From positions 9,820 to 73,819 of the forward strand of contig CAZFKZ010000004.1 of the NCBI GenBank assembly GCA_964519035.1: a DNA stretch of 64,000 nucleotides, read 5' to 3'. Source of the DNA: an uncultured Rhodobacterales bacterium (GTDB taxonomy: Bacteria > Pseudomonadota > Alphaproteobacteria > Puniceispirillales > Marisalimonadaceae). A program made the translations under genes and the position numbers. Each line of letters starts with the position of its first letter. Position 1 is the first letter of the stretch. Positions 49,151 to 57,359 of this stretch are shown one piece after another. The notes beneath the pieces were generated by a model. It ran no database searches and was not told where the DNA came from. It worked only from the letters and a program-made list of their open reading frames with translations.

Positions 49151-50287
49151 ATGAACGAGCCAGCCTTGTTTTCATCTTTTGAAATCAAATCTAAAATATT
49201 AAGAAACCGTGTTGTATTGTCTCCGATGTGTCAATATAAAGCTGAAAACGGAATGATTAGTGATTGGCATTCTCAGCATTATTCAAGATTTGCTTTTTCT
49301 GGACTTGGTGCTGCTTTTATTGAGGCTACTGGAGTTTCATCGCAAGGAAGAATTACACATGGATGTACTGGAATTTGGAGTGATGATCATATACAAGGCT
49401 TGTCAAGAATAGTTAATATTTTTAAAGAATATAATTGTATTAGCGGGATACAATTGGCTCATGCAGGTAGAAAAGCAAGTTTTCTTAGGCCTTGGGATGG
49501 AGCCAGCCCTATCACTAGTGATGCAGTAAAAGAAACTGCATGGGAAACAATTGGACCGAGTGCAATTCCAATAAATAATTCGTCACCTGTTCCAAAAGAG
49601 ATGACAATCGAGGATATTAATAATCTAAAGGATGATTTTAAAAAAGCTGCTCAAAGAGCAAATAAAAGTGGGTTTGATATGGTTGAAATCCATGGCGCAC
49701 ATGGGTACTTGTTACATTCATTTTTTTCACCTATTTCCAATAAAAGAAATGATGCATATGGTGGTAATTTTGAAAATAGAATAAGGCTATCCCTTGAAAT
49801 TGTAAAAGAAGTTAAATCTGTTTGGCCAGAAAATAAACCCATTTTTTATAGATTATCATCTGTAGATGGAGCGGAAGGCGGAGCAACTTTAGAAGAAAAT
49901 GTTAAATTGGCAAAAGCATTAAAAGTTGCTGGAGTTGATGTTGTTGATTGTTCGTCTGGTGGAATAGGAGGATCTCCTGTTTTAACTAAATCTAAAATTA
50001 TTCCTGGTTTCCAAGTTCCTTATTCTGAAAAAATTAAAAATGAAGCTAATATTAGTTCTATGGCTGTCGGTGCTATTATCGATGCTAATCAGGCTAATGA
50101 AATTATCTTAAACCAAAGAGCTGATTTAGTAGCTTTAGGAAGAGAGCTTCTCGCTGATCCTCAATGGGTTTATAAAGCTGCTACATATTTTAATTTAGAA
50201 AATGCTAAGTCATATCTTCCAGATAGTTATTCATTTTATTTATCTAGGAGAGACGAGTTTTTGGATCGTTCAGCTAAACCAGCTTAG
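49151..50287 (+). CDS. Old Yellow Enzyme-family NAD(P)H:flavin oxidoreductase (YqjM/NamA-like ene-reductase)
   Basis: 378 aa with SPMCQYKAENG and GFDMVEIHGAHGYLLHSFFSPISNKRNDAYGG. Confidence 0.9.
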   Translation: MNEPALFSSFEIKSKILRNRVVLSPMCQYKAENGMISDWHSQHYSRFAFSGLGAAFIEATGVSSQGRITHGCTGIWSDDHIQGLSRIVNIFKEYNCISGIQLAHAGRKASFLRPWDGASPITSDAVKETAWETIGPSAIPINNSSPVPKEMTIEDINNLKDDFKKAAQRANKSGFDMVEIHGAHGYLLHSFFSPISNKRNDAYGGNFENRIRLSLEIVKEVKSVWPENKPIFYRLSSVDGAEGGATLEENVKLAKALKVAGVDVVDCSSGGIGGSPVLTKSKIIPGFQVPYSEKIKNEANISSMAVGAIIDANQANEIILNQRADLVALGRELLADPQWVYKAATYFNLENAKSYLPDSYSFYLSRRDEFLDRSAKPA

Positions 50288-50294
50288 TAAAAAT

Positions 50295-50621
50295 CTAGGT
50301 TTTATTAAATTCGTAAAAATCAACAGGGTTTAAAAGTTTATTTTCTTGAGATTCTAAAGCACCTAATTTAGCGCTTTCTTGTGTATAATTTACCCAATCT
50401 GGGTCATTCCACATTGCTGCTCTTTTTTTCTCTCTATCATCTGCATTTTTATATACCCAGATATGCGTGTATTCATTAGGGTTACCTGTCTCAGTTGTTG
50501 CAAATAAAAGTGGGCTTCCTAGATTTCTCGACTGAGCAGGTTTTCCTATTTCTCTGTATAATTTTAGATGGGCTTTTATCATTCCCGGTTTACATCTATA
50601 TGTTCTTACATCTAAAAGCAT
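50295..50621 (-). CDS. NIPSNAP-domain protein
   Basis: MLLDVRTYRCKPGMIKAHLKLY... and HIWVYKNADDREKKRAAMWNDPDW fit the NIPSNAP pattern. Start set at ATG 50621 after GGGGA. Confidence 0.7.
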   Translation of the reverse strand: MLLDVRTYRCKPGMIKAHLKLYREIGKPAQSRNLGSPLLFATTETGNPNEYTHIWVYKNADDREKKRAAMWNDPDWVNYTQESAKLGALESQENKLLNPVDFYEFNKT

Positions 50622-50716
50622 AATTTTCCCCAATTTAATTAAATACATTAAAATAATAACGTGATTGTGTAATAATGTAAAAGAAATAAAAAGTTGAGAT
50701 TTTTTGGAGTGTTATT

Positions 50717-51004
50717 ATGGAATTAGGAGAAAAAATTAATACAAATGAAAGGATTATAATAGAAGCTTCTAATGTAACAAGATATCTTGGTTATCCAAGA
50801 AAGGTTCCAATTTGGAGAATAAATTTTAAACTTCCTTTATATTGTTATGTCAGCAGGAACAAAGATAACTCAGATATTTCTTTAGAGATTGAAGATATGA
50901 GGGGCTTTGCAGTAATACCATCTTTGTCAAAAGAAGAAGCTTTGAAAAGGTTAAAAACAATCATCACAGAATTTAAAGTAGAAGGTAATGTTTTAAGAAT
51001 ATGA
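50717..51004 (+). CDS. Hypothetical protein (95 aa)
   Basis: ORF with an ATGA overlap onto the downstream YaiI-like gene. No motif recognised. Confidence 0.4.
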   Translation: MELGEKINTNERIIIEASNVTRYLGYPRKVPIWRINFKLPLYCYVSRNKDNSDISLEIEDMRGFAVIPSLSKEEALKRLKTIITEFKVEGNVLRI

Positions 51005-51435
51005 AAGTAATTTTTGTAGATGCAGATGCTTGCCCTGTAAAAGATGAGATTGTAAAAATAGCAACACGACATGGTGTTTTGGTAAATATGGTATGTAATG
51101 GAGGAATAAGACCTTTTAAAAATGATTTGATTAAATTAATAATAGTTAACGAAGGCGCAGATGAAGCTGATAAGTGGATTTATGATAATGTAAAACAAAA
51201 TGATATTGTTATTACAGCTGACATACCACTCGCGGCAAAATGTATTGAGAAACAAGCAATAGTTTTAAAACATGATGGTAATTTACTAAATAAAAATAAT
51301 ATTGGCAATATACTTGCTACACGAGATTTAATGTCAGATTTGAGATCATTTGATCCTTTTATGAAAGGTGGCAATAAGCCATTTTCAAAAAATAATAGGA
51401 GTAATTTTTCAAATATATTAGAAAACTTAATATAA
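51001..51435 (+). CDS. YaiI/YqxD-family protein (UPF0178/DUF188)
   Basis: 144 aa beginning MKVIFVDADACPVKDEI, the family's hallmark N-terminus. Confidence 0.75.
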   Translation: MKVIFVDADACPVKDEIVKIATRHGVLVNMVCNGGIRPFKNDLIKLIIVNEGADEADKWIYDNVKQNDIVITADIPLAAKCIEKQAIVLKHDGNLLNKNNIGNILATRDLMSDLRSFDPFMKGGNKPFSKNNRSNFSNILENLI

Positions 51436-51535
51436 TTTCTTTTTATTATACATTTAGAACTGTGTTTTAATTAAGTATTCACTTTTTGTTTGCTAATTTT
51501 TAAAAATTGTCTTATGTAGGTTATTAATTATCTTA

Positions 51536-51666
51536 GCCTAATTTAGGCAGTCAGTTTTTCTGACTAATACGATACGACTTCTTTGTCATTATATGTTCAA
51601 TCTAGTCTAACGTGTTTTGATTGAACAACTACGCTCATTAACTGAGCAAATTACAAGGAGCAAAGA
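51536..51666 (+). promoter_or_regulatory. Structured 5' leader of the cold-shock gene
   Basis: Consecutive hairpins: GCCTA-ATT-TAGGC (51536-51548), AGTCAG-TTTTT-CTGACT (51549-51565), a 9-bp stem TGTTCAATC/GATTGAACA (51594-51627) and GCTCA-TTAAC-TGAGC (51633-51647). They precede AAGGAG and the ATG at 51667. Confidence 0.45.
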
Positions 51667-51873
51667 ATGCCTAACGGTACAGTTAAATGGTTTAACCCAA
51701 ATAAAGGTTTTGGCTTTATAGAGCCAGAAGGTGGATCTCAAGATGTATTCGTACATATTTCAGCAGTAGAAGCTGCTGGTATGAATACTCTAAACGATGG
51801 AGCAAAAGTAAGCTTTGAGTTAGAGACTGGAAAAAATGGAAAAGTAGCTGCAGTTAACTTACAGCCTTTATAA
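51667..51873 (+). CDS. Cold-shock protein (CspA family)
   Basis: 68 aa, [31 protein letters not shown], with RNP1/RNP2 motifs. Confidence 0.95.
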   Translation: MPNGTVKWFNPNKGFGFIEPEGGSQDVFVHISAVEAAGMNTLNDGAKVSFELETGKNGKVAAVNLQPL

Positions 51874-51895
51874 ACCATTATAAAACACGATATTT

Positions 51896-51920
51896 AAAAA
51901 GGGCCTTTGGCCCTTTTTTT
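51896..51920. terminator. Intrinsic terminator with symmetric A/T flanks, potentially bidirectional
   Basis: AAAAAGGGCC-TTT-GGCCCTTTTTTT, 23 nt after the csp stop. Confidence 0.7.
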
Positions 51921-51992
51921 GTTTTTAAGATTTACTAGTGAATTTAATTTCTGTTAGGTTAAAGTTATTATTTTATTAAAGTAGGCAAAAAA

Positions 51993-52565
51993 ATGAAAAC
52001 AAATAAATTAACTAAAACGTATATGGAAAAAAGAATATCTCGATATTTAAATTTAGAGCCCTTACCTATTCAATTAGATGAGACTATTCCTCAAGCTGGA
52101 AAAGATATTGTTTATGCAAGGAAATTACTTTCAATTATAGGTTTAGATCCTGCTGAAGGTAAGACACCTATCAATTCTGGTGCACCTATTACTGGAGCAG
52201 GTGGAATAACAATAACTTTAGCTAAATGCCCTGCGGGCCAAGGGCCAGGTCTTCATAATCATTTAGCTACTTTTGAGACTTTTACTGTTTTAGAAGGTGA
52301 GTTTTTAATTAAATGGAATGATGACGGTTCTGAAGAATTAATTCTTGAAAAATATGACACAATTTCAATTCCACCAGGTGTTTGTAGATCATTTACTAAT
52401 ATAGGAAAAACTGAAGGTTTACTGCAAGTAATAATATCAGGTGGTGTTCACGATATGAATGATATTTCTTTTACCCCGCATGCAGCTCAAAAGATGAATG
52501 ATATTCAACCTGATTTGTCTAAAAAATTTGAAAAAATAGGTTTTAAATTTAATGCTGGGATTTAG
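51993..52565 (+). CDS. Cupin-domain protein
   Basis: 190 aa. GQGPGLHNHLATFETFTVLEG matches cupin motif 1, G-x5-H-x-H-x4-E-x6-G. Confidence 0.7.
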   Translation: MKTNKLTKTYMEKRISRYLNLEPLPIQLDETIPQAGKDIVYARKLLSIIGLDPAEGKTPINSGAPITGAGGITITLAKCPAGQGPGLHNHLATFETFTVLEGEFLIKWNDDGSEELILEKYDTISIPPGVCRSFTNIGKTEGLLQVIISGGVHDMNDISFTPHAAQKMNDIQPDLSKKFEKIGFKFNAGI

Positions 52566-52613
52566 GTTTTTCATTATTGTTTAAAATTAGAAAGATAAAC
52601 TCTCTTTATTCAG

Positions 52614-53495
52614 TTATTTTCGTTTTATTTTAATAATTATAAATCCTGCTATAATAATTAATGCTGCACCAGTGATCGTATTATCACTTGGAATTTCATC
52701 GTAAAGTACAAATCCCCAAAATGAAGCTAGCAAAACTGTTAGATAAACAAATGGTGCTGCAAATGAAGCTTTTATAACTTTCAAAGCTTCTATAAAAAGA
52801 AAATGTCCAATAGTAGCAAGTAAACCCAAACAGAACATTAGAAATAGATCAAAAATATCTGGTTGATCCCAGTAAATAAAAATGAATGGCAATGATAAAA
52901 TTGTTCCACTTAAGGCAGTAAACAATAGTGTAGTTTGATTTGTATCTGACGAGTTAAGAAACTTGGTAGAAATTGTAAATAAAGCAAAACATATTGCAGC
53001 TAAAAAAGGAAAAATAACTGCAAAGTTAAAAGATTCATTGTTTGGGTTAGCAATTATTATAGCTCCTACTAATCCTATTAACACAACTAAAACTTGAAGA
53101 AATGAAATTTTTTCTTTTAAAATAAAGTAGGCTAGAACTGTTGTAATTACTGGGCCAATCATATAAATAGCTATGTTTTCGGCAAAAGGTAAATATGCTA
53201 ATCCTGAAAACATAAAACATGTTGTAATTAAAAGTAGACTTCCTCTTAAAATTTGTAAAAAAGGAAAACCACTTTGTAAATAATTTAATGAATTTTTATT
53301 GAATAATAAAAGTAATAATAGTAATTGCGAACTATATCTTGCAAAAACAATTTGAAATGGATTAAAGCTTTGTCCCAATTCTTTTGCTGTTAATTCCATT
53401 ATAGAAAAGAAAAAATATGTGCCTACTAATAGAAAAGTTCCTAATATGGTATTCGATATTTTTGTTTTAGAAATTTGTTTAAATGCATTTAACAT
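52614..53495 (-). CDS. EamA/DMT-family transporter (second copy)
   Basis: 293 aa with ten predicted TM helices in two repeats. Confidence 0.8.
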   Translation of the reverse strand: MLNAFKQISKTKISNTILGTFLLVGTYFFFSIMELTAKELGQSFNPFQIVFARYSSQLLLLLLLFNKNSLNYLQSGFPFLQILRGSLLLITTCFMFSGLAYLPFAENIAIYMIGPVITTVLAYFILKEKISFLQVLVVLIGLVGAIIIANPNNESFNFAVIFPFLAAICFALFTISTKFLNSSDTNQTTLLFTALSGTILSLPFIFIYWDQPDIFDLFLMFCLGLLATIGHFLFIEALKVIKASFAAPFVYLTVLLASFWGFVLYDEIPSDNTITGAALIIIAGFIIIKIKRK

Positions 53496-53550
53496 TACTT
53501 AACATATTAAGCTTATACATTTATGGCAATAAAATAATGCTTTATCATGT

Positions 53551-53868
53551 TTAGCCTAATTTTTTTGATACTGAAATCCAAGATTTACGTCTATCAATAT
53601 TATCTTTTGTAACTGTTATAAATTTTGTTTGTCGAAGCTTTTTCATGCTTCTAAAAAAAGTTGCACGCGGGTGAATATTTTTATCTAAAATTTCATCTAA
53701 AAGTATTCTTTTATTATTTTCTTTCATAAGTGATAGAATGTTTTCTAAAATATCTCTATCTGTAAAAGATAAAATATCCAATCCTACACTATTTTCTTTT
53801 TTCCTTAGCAATTCCCAGAGTTCAGAAAGAGATTGCTCTGTCTCTTTTAATATATTCTTAACTTCCAT
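53551..53868 (-). CDS. Small winged-helix (MarR-like) protein
   Basis: 105 aa. LDEILDKNIHPRATFFRSMKKLRQTKFITVTKDNIDRRKSWISVSKK resembles the recognition helix plus wing (D-x-R-R) of MarR proteins, but it is shorter than a full MarR. Confidence 0.45.
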   Translation of the reverse strand: MEVKNILKETEQSLSELWELLRKKENSVGLDILSFTDRDILENILSLMKENNKRILLDEILDKNIHPRATFFRSMKKLRQTKFITVTKDNIDRRKSWISVSKKLG

Positions 53869-54199
53869 TTATTATCCCCAACCATAATTAATAAAACTAT
53901 TAAATAATTTTACATTTATGGTTTGGATAGAAAAGAAATAGAAGAATAAATTTTAATATAAAAGGTGAAAAATGAGTTTGTTTTCTGTATTTAAGCTTTT
54001 CCCATCTAAATTTTTTTCTGATCATATTGAAATCAACTTAAGCATTTTATAAAAAAATCAAATTTAACATATCACCAAAAATATATAAAGTAAATGTTAC
54101 TGATTAAATTAAATCATATATATCAATGTGATACAAGAAATGTGTTTTAAAAATCATAAAATTATAGATTTCTAAAGTTTATGCGTATATACCCACATA

Positions 54200-54613
54200 A
54201 TGGAAAATAATGTATTATGTAATTGTGGTATTTTACGTCAATCATCACAAAAATTGACTGCTATTTATGATGAAGCTCTTAAATCAAGTGGTTTGAGAGT
54301 AACTCAATTCGCTGTTCTTAAAAATATTCATAAACTAGGTAAAACATCAATTACTGAATTAGACACTTATTTAGAACAAGATAGAAGCACAATAGGTCGA
54401 AATATTAGAATTTTAGAGAAGATCAAAGTTGTCTCTATCAATAAAAGTAGTGACAAAAGAGAATTTGAAATACTGATAACCAAATATGGAATTGAGTGTT
54501 TACAGTTGGCTAGAAAATCTTGGGAAGATATTAACATTAAAATATCTTCTAAATTGGGCAAAGAAAAACAAAAACAAATGATTGAAATAATGAATGTTAT
54601 CCAATCTATCTAA
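54200..54613 (+). CDS. MarR-family transcriptional regulator
   Basis: 137 aa with GLRVTQFAVLKNIHKLGKTSITELDTYLEQDRSTIGRNIRILEKIKVVSINKSSDKREFEILITKYG. Confidence 0.8.
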   Translation: MENNVLCNCGILRQSSQKLTAIYDEALKSSGLRVTQFAVLKNIHKLGKTSITELDTYLEQDRSTIGRNIRILEKIKVVSINKSSDKREFEILITKYGIECLQLARKSWEDINIKISSKLGKEKQKQMIEIMNVIQSI

Positions 54614-54632
54614 TGAATAAGGAGTTTATATC

Positions 54633-55091
54633 TTGGCAAAATCGTTCTTACTTTGGTGGATACAAATTGTAACTATTTGTTTCGCTATAGCGCTTATTTA
54701 TACTTATGGTTGGTTTGAAAAACTTTATGAAGCAGATCAAACTAAAATTAGCTTTATTATTATCATCATTTTTGCCGGGGCATCTATAGCATCAGGATAC
54801 ATAAGCTTTAAAAGTAGTAAAAGTTATCTAAAATTAAGCAATTATATTTGGTTTGCTTCAGAAACCATGATAACGCTTGGGTTAATTGGTACTGTTGCTG
54901 GGTTTCTTTTGATGCTTAGTTCTGCTTTTGAAAACCTGGACGTTGGGAATATTGAAAATGTTCAAAAAGTAATATCGAATATGGCTTTAGGTATGAGTAC
55001 CGCATTATGTACAACTTTAGCTGGTTTAGTAGGGAGTGTTTTAACTAAAATACAAATGGTTATTTTAGAGAATAATTTAGATAATGAATGA
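54633..55091 (+). CDS. Miniature MotA/TolQ/ExbB-like proton-channel family protein (152 aa, 4 TM)
   Basis: TTG start 8 nt after AAGGAG. The last two TM helices carry TLGLIGTVAGF and MALGMSTALCTTLAGLVG, matching the family signature as remembered. No large cytoplasmic domain. Confidence 0.6.
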   Translation: MAKSFLLWWIQIVTICFAIALIYTYGWFEKLYEADQTKISFIIIIIFAGASIASGYISFKSSKSYLKLSNYIWFASETMITLGLIGTVAGFLLMLSSAFENLDVGNIENVQKVISNMALGMSTALCTTLAGLVGSVLTKIQMVILENNLDNE

Positions 55092-55704
55092 TCCAAGGTA
55101 CAGATCATCTTTTGGGTTTATAGACCTATTATTTAATATGTTAATAGGCTTTGTCTTTTTATTTATGCTTGCTTTTTTGTTAATTAATCCTGTAGCTAAG
55201 AAAGAAACTATTAAACCAAAAGCTGAATATTTTATTGAATTAGAATGGGATGGAGAAAAACCATATGATCTAGATGTTTGGGTTAAAGATAACATGGGGC
55301 ACGTAGTGAGTTTTAGGAGACCTGATGATGCTTTAATTCATTTAGAAAGAGATGATTTAGGTACAATTAATGATACATATGTTGATCAAAACGGAAAAAC
55401 TGTATACTTGAAAGAAAATAGAGAAGTTGTAGCCATAAGGACACCGGAAGCTAGATCTTATCTAGTTACAATTCATTTTTATAATGCAAGAAAATTTCCA
55501 GCACCATTAACCCATGTTTCTGTAAAACTTATAAAAGTAAATCCATACAAAGAGGAGTATCATAAGAAACTTTTTTTTAGCGAAGAAGGTCAAGAGCTTC
55601 CAGCTTTTAAATTTAGAGTGGATTACAATGGTATTGTCCATGTTGATTCTACTAATGAATTAATTATTGATGGAGAAGTCATCAGGAAAAAAGGGGGTGC
55701 TTAA
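55084..55704 (+). CDS. ExbD/TolR-like N-terminal Asp-containing TM anchor fused to an unrecognised ~165-aa periplasmic domain
   Basis: 8-nt overlap with the upstream gene. RSSFGFIDLLFNMLIGFVFLFMLAFLL parallels the x-P-F/L-I/L-D-V-M/L-L-V-L-L TM segment of ExbD/TolR. The C-terminal domain (ELEWDGEKPYDLDVWVKD...) is not ExbD-like. Confidence 0.5.
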   Translation: MNDPRYRSSFGFIDLLFNMLIGFVFLFMLAFLLINPVAKKETIKPKAEYFIELEWDGEKPYDLDVWVKDNMGHVVSFRRPDDALIHLERDDLGTINDTYVDQNGKTVYLKENREVVAIRTPEARSYLVTIHFYNARKFPAPLTHVSVKLIKVNPYKEEYHKKLFFSEEGQELPAFKFRVDYNGIVHVDSTNELIIDGEVIRKKGGA

Positions 55705-56180
55705 TGTTAGATTTTTCAGTTAGTACTGGTCAATTAATTCTTATTTGGTCATTTGCTGGTGCTGTATGTTGTTTGCCTTTTTTTACTAAAAATATATGGC
55801 AAAGATTTTTTACGGTTCCAGTTATTTTCATTTCAATTTGGTTAAGTTTTTATACTAATTATGAATTCATTGGTCGTCCCATGGATGATAGGCCTCCAGA
55901 AAAATTTGTATATGAGCATCATGCGGTCATTTATGAAAGGAATGGGGATAGATTAATAATACTTTGGGCCTTAAAGGATGGGATTAATAAATTATTTAGA
56001 TTTCCATGGACTGAACAAAATGAAGAAGCATTGGATCAAGCTAAAAGAAATGCAGAAAGATCTGGTATTCCTCAAATGGGAGAAATTATAAAAGAAGATC
56101 CAGTTGAGAAAAGATCCCGTAATAATGAGTTTACTTTAAAAACATATAGATTTCCTTTTCAGGAAATGATGCCTAAGTAA
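55704..56180 (+). CDS. 2-TM membrane protein with an unknown soluble C-terminal domain
   Basis: TAATG 1-nt overlap with the upstream gene. Helices at about residues 9-27 and 35-53, then a charged domain (FVYEHHAVIYERNGDRLIILWALKDG...). No family recognised. Confidence 0.5.
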   Translation: MLDFSVSTGQLILIWSFAGAVCCLPFFTKNIWQRFFTVPVIFISIWLSFYTNYEFIGRPMDDRPPEKFVYEHHAVIYERNGDRLIILWALKDGINKLFRFPWTEQNEEALDQAKRNAERSGIPQMGEIIKEDPVEKRSRNNEFTLKTYRFPFQEMMPK

Positions 56181-56196
56181 TTCTTTATAAAAGATT

Positions 56197-57294
56197 TTAA
56201 GAAATTTGTTTTATATATTTGCTTAATATTGGTTGAATAGTTTTAGACATTGTTGAGAATGAATTTTTCCAAAGTTCAATTTTGTTAGTCATGTCGTGTC
56301 CAGTCAGAAGGAGTGTGCCAAATGGTCCAACAATATCAATAAAGTTTATTAATTGTTCAGTTACAGCTTTTTCGTTACCAATAATAATGAGCTCTTTAGC
56401 CTTTTTCATTGCGTCAGGTAATTCATTTTTTAACTTTATATTTTTACCTAAAGTACCAGATGCAAGTTTACCTACAGTATTTAAATATAAAAAATAATGA
56501 GAAAAAACTCCATCAGGATCATTCATTATTTCTTCAGTTTCATCATTGCCTGAAGTAATTAATACACTTCTACCTACTCTCCATTTTGTAAAATCTGCAG
56601 TTTTCCCAATATTTTTAGCACCACTTTTATAAGTAGGCCAATGTGTTGCAATATCTTTTGCCTCAATAAAGTTCCCAGATATAGGAATCCAACCTTTTTC
56701 ACCAGCAAGTTTTGCCGTCATAGAATTTGGATTTTTTAGAGAGATTGCAATTTCTGGATGAGGAGTTTGATATGGTTTTATGAACTCTCCAATCCCTAAC
56801 TCTTTCACAATATTATTGTTAAGAGAAATATCTAAAAACTCACCCTTATAATTATAACTTTTATTTTCAGTCCAAAATTTCAAAATGGCTTCGACAGATT
56901 CTATCATTGTAATAGCTCGTGATCTTCCGTCCATATTGTCAAATAATTCCCAATCACTTACAAGACCACCAGCACCAATACCTAAAATAAGCCTTCCTTT
57001 TGATAAATGATCAAAAAGGCTAGCTTGACCAGCAACAATAGCAGGATGTTGTTGAGGAAGTGAAATAACACCTGTTCCAAATTTAATATTTGTAGTTTCC
57101 GAAATTAATGAAGCATTAAATATTAATGGAGAAGTAACGGGTTCTCCTGTAGAGCTATAATGTTCCCCCATCCATGCCTCTGTAAAACCTAATTTTTCTG
57201 CAAGAAGAATTAATTGTCTATTTTCTTCAAAAGATACGCCAATATCCTTTTTTGCAGGATGAAGGGGCATCATAAATAATCCAAGGTTTAGCAT
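56197..57294 (-). CDS. LLM-class (luciferase-like) flavin-dependent oxidoreductase
   Basis: 365 aa with the TIM-barrel LLM pattern (GFTEAWMGEHY, LILGIGAGG). Confidence 0.85.
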   Translation of the reverse strand: MLNLGLFMMPLHPAKKDIGVSFEENRQLILLAEKLGFTEAWMGEHYSSTGEPVTSPLIFNASLISETTNIKFGTGVISLPQQHPAIVAGQASLFDHLSKGRLILGIGAGGLVSDWELFDNMDGRSRAITMIESVEAILKFWTENKSYNYKGEFLDISLNNNIVKELGIGEFIKPYQTPHPEIAISLKNPNSMTAKLAGEKGWIPISGNFIEAKDIATHWPTYKSGAKNIGKTADFTKWRVGRSVLITSGNDETEEIMNDPDGVFSHYFLYLNTVGKLASGTLGKNIKLKNELPDAMKKAKELIIIGNEKAVTEQLINFIDIVGPFGTLLLTGHDMTNKIELWKNSFSTMSKTIQPILSKYIKQIS

Positions 57295-57359
57295 TTAAAA
57301 AACTCCTCAAAGTATTTATAGTAAGTTATGAAGTAAGAAGTGTGAAGGATTTATTATTA

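Noticed and set aside
51993-52565. Cupin protein as a DMSP lyase (DddK/DddQ-like), given the probable SAR11 origin.
   Set aside because: Only the generic cupin motif 1 is visible. The size and flanking sequence do not match what I remember of DddK (~130 aa), and no DMSP-related neighbours are present.
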